Source: a virus
Taxonomy: Duplodnaviria > Caudoviricetes
Reading direction: 5' to 3' (one strand)
Length of the DNA: 64,000 nt
IMG/VR virus record: IMGVR_UViG_3300028591_000075
Coordinates: 128,001 to 192,000 of that record
Under the pieces are notes generated by a model that was not told the DNA's origin, did not search any database, and saw only the letters and a program-made list of their open reading frames with translations. The position numbers and the translations under genes were made by a program. Shown here in pieces: positions 17,957 through 26,175 of this stretch (its first letter is position 1; every line of letters begins with the position of its first letter).

Positions 17957-18040
17957 ATGCCTACTATAATTTTTGTTGTCGTGGTCATTGTTGCCGGAGC
18001 GCTATTCTTCAATCATAATGATTGGGGTAGCTTCCGGTAG
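17957..18040 (+). CDS. 27-aa single-TM microprotein
   Basis: MPTIIFVVVVIVAGALFF...; ATG 1 nt after the upstream stop; fills the gap to the next promoter. Confidence 0.4.
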   Translation: MPTIIFVVVVIVAGALFFNHNDWGSFR

Positions 18041-18048
18041 GCATCCGA

Positions 18049-18056
18049 TATAAACT
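18049..18056 (+). promoter_or_regulatory. Late promoter TATAAACT
   Basis: Exact motif. Confidence 0.8.
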
Positions 18057-18080
18057 GCCGATGTATAAAAGAGGTTCGCT

Positions 18081-18563
18081 ATGAATTCCGTTAGTAAAAA
18101 AATCCTTACCGAAGCAGCCACCAAGATTACGGGCGATCCACTGGTTGCAAAGCGTGTCGCCCTCATGGTTGCTCGTATGGAAGCTGCGGATGGAAAGGGT
18201 GAATCCTTCTCTACCGTGAAAGAGCTCTCCAACTGGCTGCTCGATGAATCGAACGGTCTCAACAAGATGCACTGGGGAGTGGACAAGATGAACAAGCACA
18301 CTCTCCTCGAAGAAGCATACGACCTTTGCCGCGACACCGGCGACAAGTTGGCGGAAACCTATGTTTCCCTTACCGGAAAGCCGGCTGCCGATGTGAAAGT
18401 CGATGACGAGACCGTCATTGCCAAGCTCAAAGAACTTCAGTCCCACATGAACGATGCCGTGGCCAAGAACAGTAAGTTCCCGGAAGGGCTGAAGAACATT
18501 TTTGCCGATTTTGATGAGAAAATTACCGGCATTCTTTACAAGTACCAGCAGTTTAACGGATAA
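18081..18563 (+). CDS. Dps/ferritin-like protein (DUF5856-type) with N-terminal leader
   Basis: MHW......H.LLEEAYD...D..DKLAE and LKNI.ADF......ILYK pattern of phage Dps-like proteins. Confidence 0.75.
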   Translation: MNSVSKKILTEAATKITGDPLVAKRVALMVARMEAADGKGESFSTVKELSNWLLDESNGLNKMHWGVDKMNKHTLLEEAYDLCRDTGDKLAETYVSLTGKPAADVKVDDETVIAKLKELQSHMNDAVAKNSKFPEGLKNIFADFDEKITGILYKYQQFNG

Positions 18564-18614
18564 TTTGTAGCCGGTACATCCATTTTCGTATTATATTTCC
18601 TCAGAGGTACCTCG

Positions 18615-19196
18615 ATGAAGATGACCGACATCATGGCTGCTCAGAAGGAAGAAATGCTCCGGCACAAGTGGATTGAGTCGGAAAAGGCCGGCCATGACCT
18701 CGGCGATTCCGTTATGGTCCAGTGGACCAAGGAACATGGCGCCGGGTGGCGATACAATTTCAATCTCGAACATCTGATGGAACTTCCCGAAGGCGACCAC
18801 GCCGTCTACTTCGGCATTTTCCTTGATGAGAAGTCAAAGAAAATTCTCATCGACACGATGTCCAAGTTCGTCCCATCCGGCTGGGATTTCAAGTGCGACA
18901 GATGCACACTGGCATTCGGTAACCCGGACGACCACCCTGATGTGAAGGAATATATCGCGGCAAACCTGGGCAACAAGGTGAAAATGAAAGTCGATTCAAT
19001 CGGCGTAGCAGTCGAGGTATTTGCCGTAGGTGTTACCGGTGACTTCAAGTCCACCATTGAACGACCGCACATCCCAGTTGCCGTGCCGCCCGGCGGCCAT
19101 TCAAAGAATTCAAACTTTATCAAGACGTGGAAGGACTATGCGCCAAAATTTGAACTCACTGGCACAGTCGATACCTTCCCCCGAATGTTTACATGA
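18615..19196 (+). CDS. DUF4032-like helical domain fused to a degenerate 2H phosphoesterase (tRNA-ligase CPDase-like)
   Basis: EMLRHKWIESEKAGHDLG...W...H...WR; YFGIFLD...PSGW...DRCTLAFG...PHIPVAV.PGG..KNSN. Confidence 0.65.
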   Translation: MKMTDIMAAQKEEMLRHKWIESEKAGHDLGDSVMVQWTKEHGAGWRYNFNLEHLMELPEGDHAVYFGIFLDEKSKKILIDTMSKFVPSGWDFKCDRCTLAFGNPDDHPDVKEYIAANLGNKVKMKVDSIGVAVEVFAVGVTGDFKSTIERPHIPVAVPPGGHSKNSNFIKTWKDYAPKFELTGTVDTFPRMFT

Positions 19197-19582
19197 CAAG
19201 AGAAATCGTAACAGAAAAATTCGCCGAGAATTTCGACACTGAGTACGTCTCGCGTGATTTCCCCCTAATATCGGCCATGTGTGCCAAGAATGACTACACT
19301 GGCTGCTACATCCTGAAATTGGTCACCGGTGAAGGCGTTGTCGCGATGGGCATCGTCGATCCGGACGGCTATCCGTTGAATACGAAGCTATGCGCGTTCG
19401 AGGTCAGGCACGATTGCCGTCACAAGGGATACGGCAAGGAACTCCTACAATACATTCTAATCAACTATGATGATGTGCGTGCCGTAGTATTGAGAGAAGC
19501 ACTCGGGTTTTACCGCAAGTGCTTCTTCAAGGTAATCGATGATAACGGCGGACAGGTGGTCACGGTCGAGGCTATTGCCTAG
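19193..19582 (+). CDS. GNAT-family acetyltransferase
   Basis: FEV...RHKGYGKELL and A.GFYRKCFF motifs. Confidence 0.85.
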   Translation: MTREIVTEKFAENFDTEYVSRDFPLISAMCAKNDYTGCYILKLVTGEGVVAMGIVDPDGYPLNTKLCAFEVRHDCRHKGYGKELLQYILINYDDVRAVVLREALGFYRKCFFKVIDDNGGQVVTVEAIA

Positions 19583-20045
19583 TCTTTCCGATAGGGTACT
19601 TCTGGGCCATTTCCCTGGTAGTCAGGTACATCAGTTTCTCGAACTCGTTCATGTTGTTGAACTTGATGATTTCCTTTTCCAACAGCGGATTGAATTTCCT
19701 GATATGCTGCCATTGCTGCTCGTCGCGCATGGCCTTTGCTGGATTTCCCTGCGCGATGATTGGCTGGACGAAGCATCCGGTCGGGTGCTTGGGACGGGCC
19801 TCGGTCTCGACCGTGGCGTCATTGTAGGAAGGATCGATGCACAGCGCGGGATCGCGGTCGAACGCGATGTCGGCAAGCTGCATGATGAATTCGGCAAACT
19901 CGTACCCGACAAGGTTCCCGAGGGACCTCATGGCGACTTCGGTATCGTCACCGGCAACCTCGAATATGCGGATGATTGTATCCGTCAGGTCCGGGTTGTT
20001 CGTTGTTTTGAATACGCTGACGCGCAGTAGCTCGATTGGTTCCAT
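19572..20045 (-). CDS. Hypothetical protein
   Basis: Start moved to MEPIELL, 7 nt after a minus-strand TATAAACT. Confidence 0.7.
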   Translation of the reverse strand: MEPIELLRVSVFKTTNNPDLTDTIIRIFEVAGDDTEVAMRSLGNLVGYEFAEFIMQLADIAFDRDPALCIDPSYNDATVETEARPKHPTGCFVQPIIAQGNPAKAMRDEQQWQHIRKFNPLLEKEIIKFNNMNEFEKLMYLTTREMAQKYPIGKTRQ

Positions 20046-20052
20046 ACCTGGA

Positions 20053-20064
20053 AGTTTATAAACT
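20053..20064. promoter_or_regulatory. Palindromic bidirectional late promoter AGTTTATAAACT
   Basis: Reads TATAAACT on both strands between divergent ATGs at 20045 and 20071. Confidence 0.8.
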
Positions 20065-20070
20065 GCTGGC

Positions 20071-20832
20071 ATGGACGCCAAGTATATCACACGCGATGAC
20101 ATGGTCCGCCGTATCATTTCCAGGATGGGTGGCCAGTGTCAGGAAATTGAAATGGTCGTGGAGGAAGACCGCGGTCTCGGTCATGTCCACATGGCTATCG
20201 AGGACACCGAGGACTTCTTCTACCGTTATTGTGTGGACGAGGCCCAGTATATCGACCTCATGGTCCTGCATCTTCTACCGGGTGTCATGGAATACCGTGT
20301 ACCGGACAACGTGGTCAACGTTATCGAGGTAAACCCCAGCTACGGCAATACCTTCTCCCCGATGATGGCCTGGGACGTGGGTCCGGGTGAATCCCTGATG
20401 GGTGTCGGCGGTGCCGGTCTTGGCGGCCTGGGCCAGTTCGACCTCATAACCTACTCCGGTGCGTTGCGCTACTTGCAGGATGTCAAGAAGCTGGTCGGTA
20501 CCCAGTATCACATCAAGTTCCACCCGACGGACCACCTCCTGAGGATCTACCCGACCCCGAGGTCCAGGACGAATGCTGTTGCCGAGGTGTACTTGAAGGC
20601 CAAGAAATCCGAGCTCTACAACAACATCCTCTTCCGTGACATGGCCTTTTGGCGTGCCCAGGAACAGCTCGGTATCATCTTGAAGAAGCATACCTTTACG
20701 ATGCCCGGTGGCCTGACCATCAACGGTAAGGAAATCTTTGACACGGCTGCCGCCCGTCTCGAAAAGCTGGAAGCAAGGGTTATCAGCGAAGCGCCGGGCG
20801 CATTCATGATGACGGATTTGTCCGGAATATAA
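20071..20832 (+). CDS. gp13: Neck protein (gp13-like)
   Basis: I.SRMG....EIE N-terminus; G.IL.KH...MPGG.TING..IFD.A C-terminal signature. Confidence 0.9.
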   Translation: MDAKYITRDDMVRRIISRMGGQCQEIEMVVEEDRGLGHVHMAIEDTEDFFYRYCVDEAQYIDLMVLHLLPGVMEYRVPDNVVNVIEVNPSYGNTFSPMMAWDVGPGESLMGVGGAGLGGLGQFDLITYSGALRYLQDVKKLVGTQYHIKFHPTDHLLRIYPTPRSRTNAVAEVYLKAKKSELYNNILFRDMAFWRAQEQLGIILKKHTFTMPGGLTINGKEIFDTAAARLEKLEARVISEAPGAFMMTDLSGI

Positions 20833-20835
20833 GCT
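20828..20835 (+). promoter_or_regulatory. Late promoter TATAAGCT overlapping the gp13 stop
   Basis: Motif match. Confidence 0.7.
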
Positions 20836-20861
20836 GTAGTAAAACATTATGGAGTTTAACG

Positions 20862-21161
20862 ATGGAATTCAAAGATCGTATGGTTAAGTTTGACGACTTC
20901 CTCACCAAGTTTGCAAAGGCTAGTGGCGCTTCGGAATTGTGTGAATCTGTTCGCGAGGCGGCAAAGGTGTGTTTTGAAGGTCTTGACACCAATCCGCCTT
21001 GGGCTGATCCGGGTCTTATTGATCCGAAGTACAAGAACAACTTGGTCGCAAGTTCCAATGAAATCCATCGCAAGGTCTTCCATGACATTCCGCTGGCCAG
21101 GTACAAAGCCCGCTTGAAAGCTAAGAAAGCTAATGATGCCTGTGCCGAAACCGTACAGTAA
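20862..21161 (+). CDS. Small putative head-internal protein
   Basis: Leader FDDFL...LCESV..A.KVCFEG; GGAG SD. Confidence 0.7.
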   Translation: MEFKDRMVKFDDFLTKFAKASGASELCESVREAAKVCFEGLDTNPPWADPGLIDPKYKNNLVASSNEIHRKVFHDIPLARYKARLKAKKANDACAETVQ

Positions 21162-21182
21162 TATTCGGATTATGGGGTTTGA

Positions 21183-22499
21183 GTGTTATACAATGCATTC
21201 TCATTTAAGAACGGGTACCTGCTGCAAATCGATGACTTGATTGCAGAACACAGTCCGCAACCTGTTCCACCGGGTCCCACCCCACCGGGTCCCACCCCTC
21301 CTGGCCCAACACCGCCGGGTCCTATCCCTCCTTCGCCCGAGGTGGATGTTTCTATAACAATTTCGGGAAGCATTATAACAATCGACGCCACCGGGGACTT
21401 ATCCGTTCTGGACGGATATGCGGTCAATGTTTACTCGAAAGGTGCCAAAGTATTGTCCGAAAGGATTGAACCTGTAGAAACGTTTGACTTGGACAATTTA
21501 AGGGATGAGCTCCCGATTGGTGCCTATGCCGTAAAGGTCCAGGCTTTTGACATTGACGGCAACCTGTTTCCCGAATCGAATTCGGTGACATGGTACCGTG
21601 AACCGGATGAACGTACCATTTGGATTAAGTTCAAGTTCCTTGATAAGTCATATAACCCGAGCGTCCACCAGCTTGCCACCGGTAAGGCTTGCACGCGGGA
21701 AGACGACATCGGTACTATGGAACGCAAGAAATCATTCTCTGCCGACTGGCAGTTGATTGATGCCGCGACTAATCAATGGATGTGGGGAATTACTTCCGGC
21801 ACAAACATTTCTCATGCATTTGCCACCGTAAAGGGTGAACAGTCGACTCCGTTAATAATCGCGGATGATTGGTTGGACGCAATTCCTGCAGAAATGGGGC
21901 CGCTTGATGGGTACGACCCTGCTGTTTGCCAGAATTTGGTAAATAATGGTACCTGGCCGATAGTCCCGGCAACCGAGTTTACCGGCCATGCCAATATCAT
22001 CGAGTGGGATTTGGCGAATGCTACCGATTTGTCGAATATGTTCGGTGCGATTCCTTGGGTCAGTGGTGCACTGTATGGCGTTGTGCCCGGTTTCAGTTCC
22101 AAGGCCGATAACATGTCTCAAATGTTCAGTAGATGCTATCACGTCACTTCAATCGGTGCGGTAGATGCATCACATTCGTCCCAGATGGTGCAGGTGTTCT
22201 ACTCGATGACTGGGTTGTCCGAGTTGCCTGAACTGACCGTTAGGAACGGTGCTGAACTTACTTACCTGTTCGGGAACTGCGGGAACATAGAGGGTGGAAT
22301 TGAAGAAATGTTCCATTATCTTGATGGCACGAACCCCGGAGCGCATGGCAATGTGTTCGGTAACTGCGGTATCTTGGCAGATGAACATGCACTTGACAAT
22401 ATACCTAAGACATGGGGCGGAAATGCAACAATCGTCGGTACAAACGTAGACGGAAACATTAGCCCGCTAGCCGTCGGTGGAAAGATTTTAAGGTTCTAA
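21183..22499 (+). CDS. DUF285/BspA-like repeat protein with Pro-rich linker and Ig/FN3-like domain
   Basis: (PPGPT)x4; LSNMF, MSQMF and LTYLF repeats; cap NCG...NIPKTWGG. Confidence 0.7.
   Translation: MLYNAFSFKNGYLLQIDDLIAEHSPQPVPPGPTPPGPTPPGPTPPGPIPPSPEVDVSITISGSIITIDATGDLSVLDGYAVNVYSKGAKVLSERIEPVETFDLDNLRDELPIGAYAVKVQAFDIDGNLFPESNSVTWYREPDERTIWIKFKFLDKSYNPSVHQLATGKACTREDDIGTMERKKSFSADWQLIDAATNQWMWGITSGTNISHAFATVKGEQSTPLIIADDWLDAIPAEMGPLDGYDPAVCQNLVNNGTWPIVPATEFTGHANIIEWDLANATDLSNMFGAIPWVSGALYGVVPGFSSKADNMSQMFSRCYHVTSIGAVDASHSSQMVQVFYSMTGLSELPELTVRNGAELTYLFGNCGNIEGGIEEMFHYLDGTNPGAHGNVFGNCGILADEHALDNIPKTWGGNATIVGTNVDGNISPLAVGGKILRF
21267..21326 (+). repeat. 15-bp tandem repeat x4 encoding PPGPT
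   Basis: CCACCGGGTCCCACC twice exactly, then two diverged copies. Confidence 0.9.
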
Positions 22500-22517
22500 A
22501 AACCGGAGGAGTAAACT

Positions 22518-23324
22518 ATGAGCGATATTCACGCAAAGGACACATATACCAACATATCGGACTTGACTACAATGACCGAGATTACTTCTCCGGCATATGT
22601 ACCGGTTGAAGATGCAAATAAGGACGGCAAGAAGGTTGACCTGAATTCAATTAAGCCAGGTGTGTTAGACACAACAGCAACTGATGCCCAAGAACCTAAT
22701 GCTACTGAGAACTTAAGTGGCAATGTAACATTGCACAAAGTTGCAAAGACTGGCTCGTATAATGATTTGAATAATACCCCGTCCATACCGCAAAGCACGT
22801 ACACCCGGAAATCACTGGAGGTATCTCCAGATGATGCAGATGCTACTATTTTCTGTTCATATCATATCGATGTCAATAATAAAGATTGCATTACTGCCCA
22901 TCTATTGCCGGCAAAAGCCAACACCAAGCAATTATGGCTAGATATTGCACCGGACGCTGATGATGCAATTATTAGAATAGAACTGGACACTGGTGAGGAA
23001 TATAAAAATCCAACGCTGCGTCGTATCATTCCTCGTCGTAAGCCGGATAATACAGTGTTGCATGTTGTATATGAACCGAAATTTATTGCGGAAACTTCGT
23101 CGTCTAGTGGTATTCTGTATTCAATGAATGAGACCGGTTCTGATATCGATGTACCAACTGACTGGAATGAAGTTGGCCTAGTTGACTCGGCTGTTACTAA
23201 TGTTAGTATCAAGCGAGAGCATAGTGATGTTATGGACTCATGGGAAGAGATATCAAAATGTGTTTTTAGAATTGTGGCAGATTTTTGCTTTGTTTATATC
23301 GAAAGCGAATATTATGTCAGTTGA
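22518..23324 (+). CDS. Tail fibre-related protein
   Basis: LHKVAKTGSYNDLNNTP fibre motif; GGAGGAG SD; AT-rich. Confidence 0.65.
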   Translation: MSDIHAKDTYTNISDLTTMTEITSPAYVPVEDANKDGKKVDLNSIKPGVLDTTATDAQEPNATENLSGNVTLHKVAKTGSYNDLNNTPSIPQSTYTRKSLEVSPDDADATIFCSYHIDVNNKDCITAHLLPAKANTKQLWLDIAPDADDAIIRIELDTGEEYKNPTLRRIIPRRKPDNTVLHVVYEPKFIAETSSSSGILYSMNETGSDIDVPTDWNEVGLVDSAVTNVSIKREHSDVMDSWEEISKCVFRIVADFCFVYIESEYYVS

Positions 23325-23330
23325 TATTAT

Positions 23331-24107
23331 ATGAAAGTAGCGATAGTGTTACTAACAAAATATTTTAAGTGTGATGCCGACTTCCATGAATGGTGTCGGC
23401 ATCATTTTTCTATTGGTGTTGACCATATTCATGTATTTGACAATAACACGTGTTTCGATATAAAATTGGCATGTGAGAAGTATGGAAAACTAATATCCTA
23501 TGAACAAGTATCTAACCCGCAACAATATCAGCTATATAATAGATACATAACTAACTGTGATGCAGACTATGTGATGCCTATAGATGATGATGAATATTTA
23601 TCTATTTCATCTGACATTGGAAACATCCACGATGCGATTGAATATTATAGCAATAAGCTCGGACAATTAAATGTATTTGGTATACGGTGGCTATTCCGGT
23701 TTCCGAAAGTGTTTCATTCGGAACGCGCGGGCAGTGTATTAGAATACTGTTCAGAAGAAAATGATTACATCGCCACTCGGTTTTCTGGGTATGGAAATAA
23801 CATAATAAAATGTTTAGTAAAGAAAGAATCATTTGTGCGGTATATGGATGCCGATGAGGATATATCAAGAAATCACATACCTCTATCTACTGGGATTGAT
23901 GGTGCTATTATGTGCGATGGTCGCATTACGAAGAAGCAGCATGTGTCCGGTCATCTGGAAGATGAACGAATAAGACTAATACACTGTCCATACAAAGGAT
24001 TCTCGGAATACATGGCCAAGCAGGAGCATCATGTCTCAGTAAGCCATAAAGAACCTCGTCCTCGCCATTATGGTGCGTTCAACATGATTTTGGAGAGATT
24101 ACCTTAA
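23331..24107 (+). CDS. Glycosyltransferase, GT92/GT2_4-like (GT-A fold)
   Basis: EW..HH...GVDHI.VFDN, Q...YN, IDDDEY, KCLV and late H motifs; markedly AT-rich. Confidence 0.85.
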   Translation: MKVAIVLLTKYFKCDADFHEWCRHHFSIGVDHIHVFDNNTCFDIKLACEKYGKLISYEQVSNPQQYQLYNRYITNCDADYVMPIDDDEYLSISSDIGNIHDAIEYYSNKLGQLNVFGIRWLFRFPKVFHSERAGSVLEYCSEENDYIATRFSGYGNNIIKCLVKKESFVRYMDADEDISRNHIPLSTGIDGAIMCDGRITKKQHVSGHLEDERIRLIHCPYKGFSEYMAKQEHHVSVSHKEPRPRHYGAFNMILERLP

Positions 24108-24283
24108 GCCAAGATATTTTATCGGACCATCCGTGTCTGAGAAGTGTAAAACTTGGATGACAATTAGTGGGTACAACAATAAACCCAGGCATTACCGGTT
24201 TAATAAGCTCATCGGCATATAGATCTACCGGCTTCCAAGCCCATGGCATTCCCCCTTGTAATCCGGAAAAATCCTCCAAAAAA

Positions 24284-24312
24284 GAAAGGTCGGCAATTTT
24301 GTCGGCCTTTTC
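24284..24312. terminator. Terminator-like hairpin
   Basis: GAAAGGTCGGCA-ATTT-TGTCGGCCTTTTC. Confidence 0.65.
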
Positions 24313-24314
24313 TA

Positions 24315-24345
24315 TTGCATATAGCATCGAAGTTTTCTATATTTT
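24315..24345 (+). promoter_or_regulatory. Host sigma70-type promoter, near-leaderless
   Basis: TTGCAT-N17-TATATT(TT), ATG at 24350. Confidence 0.6.
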
Positions 24346-24349
24346 GGTC

Positions 24350-25078
24350 ATGAACCCGAAATACGACCTCATCACGGTAGCTGAAATGCTACGCTACATC
24401 GCTGCCCACGAAAAGGCAGCCAACCTGAACAAGGACCTCACCATTCTCCGCGAAACCGCGGTTGACCCTCTGTCCAAGAGCCAGTTCTTCATCGGAAAGT
24501 TCCGGTGCTTCTTCGAGGACATAGGGAACGAGCATGTGGCGGTCACCTGCCCCGGTCTCCGTATTTTCCATGAGGCGCTTACCATGAAGCTCATCGACAA
24601 GATGGCTTCCAGGTATGACCGCCGCGTGGTACAGGGTCATGCGTTCGCCGACAAGACGAACCTCGGGTACCTGTTTGCCAAGGAATACCAGGGTGTCGTT
24701 GGATACTGGTACTATGACGAACGCACCGGTAGCCGCAGGGTGTACCTGTATCACAAGGAAAGTGAGACCAGCTACATCCTGAAATTCGACAGCCAACTGA
24801 AATTCCTGGTTGACGAGAATAGCATGGAGCACTGCGTGAACAACGACTACAAGGTGGTGGACACCATCGAACAGTTGGCACATCCGGAAGTTAAGGCGCC
24901 GGTTCCGCGCAAGTCAATCATCCAGCGCATCTGCGACCTGTTCAGGAAGCCGCAAGAAAGCCAGCTCGACCGCGAGCACAAGATTGCCAAGGAATTGACG
25001 GAATGGATAGCATCCCAGAAGCCGTTGGACCCCGAGGATGCAAAGCTGCTTGAAGAAAACCTGTGGAAACTGGTGTAA
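24350..25078 (+). CDS. Hypothetical protein (probably early)
   Basis: Codon bias begins at MNPKY; host-type promoter upstream. Confidence 0.75.
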   Translation: MNPKYDLITVAEMLRYIAAHEKAANLNKDLTILRETAVDPLSKSQFFIGKFRCFFEDIGNEHVAVTCPGLRIFHEALTMKLIDKMASRYDRRVVQGHAFADKTNLGYLFAKEYQGVVGYWYYDERTGSRRVYLYHKESETSYILKFDSQLKFLVDENSMEHCVNNDYKVVDTIEQLAHPEVKAPVPRKSIIQRICDLFRKPQESQLDREHKIAKELTEWIASQKPLDPEDAKLLEENLWKLV

Positions 25079-26098
25079 TTACCAGCTGCCGAGACCAGGA
25101 CATGCCTGGTAGTTCGGATCGGCGGTAATGTCCTTGACGCACTCGTCCACCTCGGGCGGACGGAACAGGATGGCATCTTTGAGCTTGGCAAGGTCCTCGT
25201 CCCTGATGGCGAGCGGGTTTCCTACAGAATCCGTAAGTTCCTTCTCCGTCGAAGAACCGTCGGTAGCCTTCCCGAGGGAAGCCTGACCGAACAGGTTGTC
25301 GATGAAGTGCTTGTTGACCGGGCTGTTCGCCACGTCTTCCGAAACAATCTGACCACTGTCCACAGCGACCTCCAGATACGCCTTCCACCAGTATTTGCGG
25401 TAGGCCGGCTCGAATTCGGGGAGCTCGTCCGTGATGCTAGTAATCTGGTAAGTGATGTTGTTGTTCGCCATTTTCATCAGGTCGCCAGCCTTCGGATAAA
25501 TCTGACCAGCTGAATAACCGTAATAGTTGAATTTCGAGTACCCGCGCTGCGAGTAGATCGGGTCATGCTTCTCCGGGTCGCATTCCGGAACAATCCCGTG
25601 TTCCTTCAATGACTGGTAGTTCAGTTCGAGGAACAGGTCCATGTTAATGTAAATTTCTTTTTTCGTAGTGAACTGCAGGCCGAGCCTGGTGTACATCTCG
25701 GTCTGCGGGTCGAAGCCGCCCATCATCGGGATGTCGAACGCCCTGTCTATTACGCGGGCGTTGTCCTCGTGCGTGACCGGGTTTGCAGACGCATTGAAGG
25801 TCGTCGTGTAGTATGTGAAGTTGATGCCACCCATACCGAGCGTAGCGGCACGCTGCATGATTGCGATAAGGTTCTGCGTCTTGAACGAGTTCTGCTTGCG
25901 GAAAGTCATGATGCGGCCAAGACGACCGGTGTGTTCGAACACCGGCTGGTTCGCTTGTGCCAGTTCGGAACGTTCCACGTTACCGGTGGCCTTCGGGTCC
26001 CACATGCCTTCCTGCACATGCGCGAGTACACTGAAATTTGGGACGACCACGCTGGTCGCCCTGCAAAACCCAGTAATGTTTAAGTCGAAAGTCGGCAT
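25079..26098 (-). CDS. gp14: Neck protein (gp14-like)
   Basis: HEDNAR, Y.RLGLQF, PKAGDL......YQIT.I....P.F match the gp14 pattern. Confidence 0.7.
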   Translation of the reverse strand: MPTFDLNITGFCRATSVVVPNFSVLAHVQEGMWDPKATGNVERSELAQANQPVFEHTGRLGRIMTFRKQNSFKTQNLIAIMQRAATLGMGGINFTYYTTTFNASANPVTHEDNARVIDRAFDIPMMGGFDPQTEMYTRLGLQFTTKKEIYINMDLFLELNYQSLKEHGIVPECDPEKHDPIYSQRGYSKFNYYGYSAGQIYPKAGDLMKMANNNITYQITSITDELPEFEPAYRKYWWKAYLEVAVDSGQIVSEDVANSPVNKHFIDNLFGQASLGKATDGSSTEKELTDSVGNPLAIRDEDLAKLKDAILFRPPEVDECVKDITADPNYQACPGLGSW

Positions 26099-26114
26099 CT
26101 ATTCCTCTGGGAGT

Positions 26115-26152
26115 AGTTTATAGTGGTACCTACCCCGGAAACGATATAAACT
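26115..26152. promoter_or_regulatory. Back-to-back late promoters (minus 26115-26122, plus 26145-26152)
   Basis: TATAAACT on each strand between gp14 and gp6. Confidence 0.8.
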
Positions 26153-26175
26153 GTTGGCGAAAGAGGAATTGATGT

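Noticed and set aside
21267-21326. CRISPR-like or phase-variable repeat
   Set aside because: In-frame 15-bp coding repeat without spacers, encoding a PPGPT linker
24079-24327. 82-aa minus-strand ORF in the largest intergenic gap
   Set aside because: Overlaps a terminator hairpin and a promoter, has no SD or motif; cannot be supported
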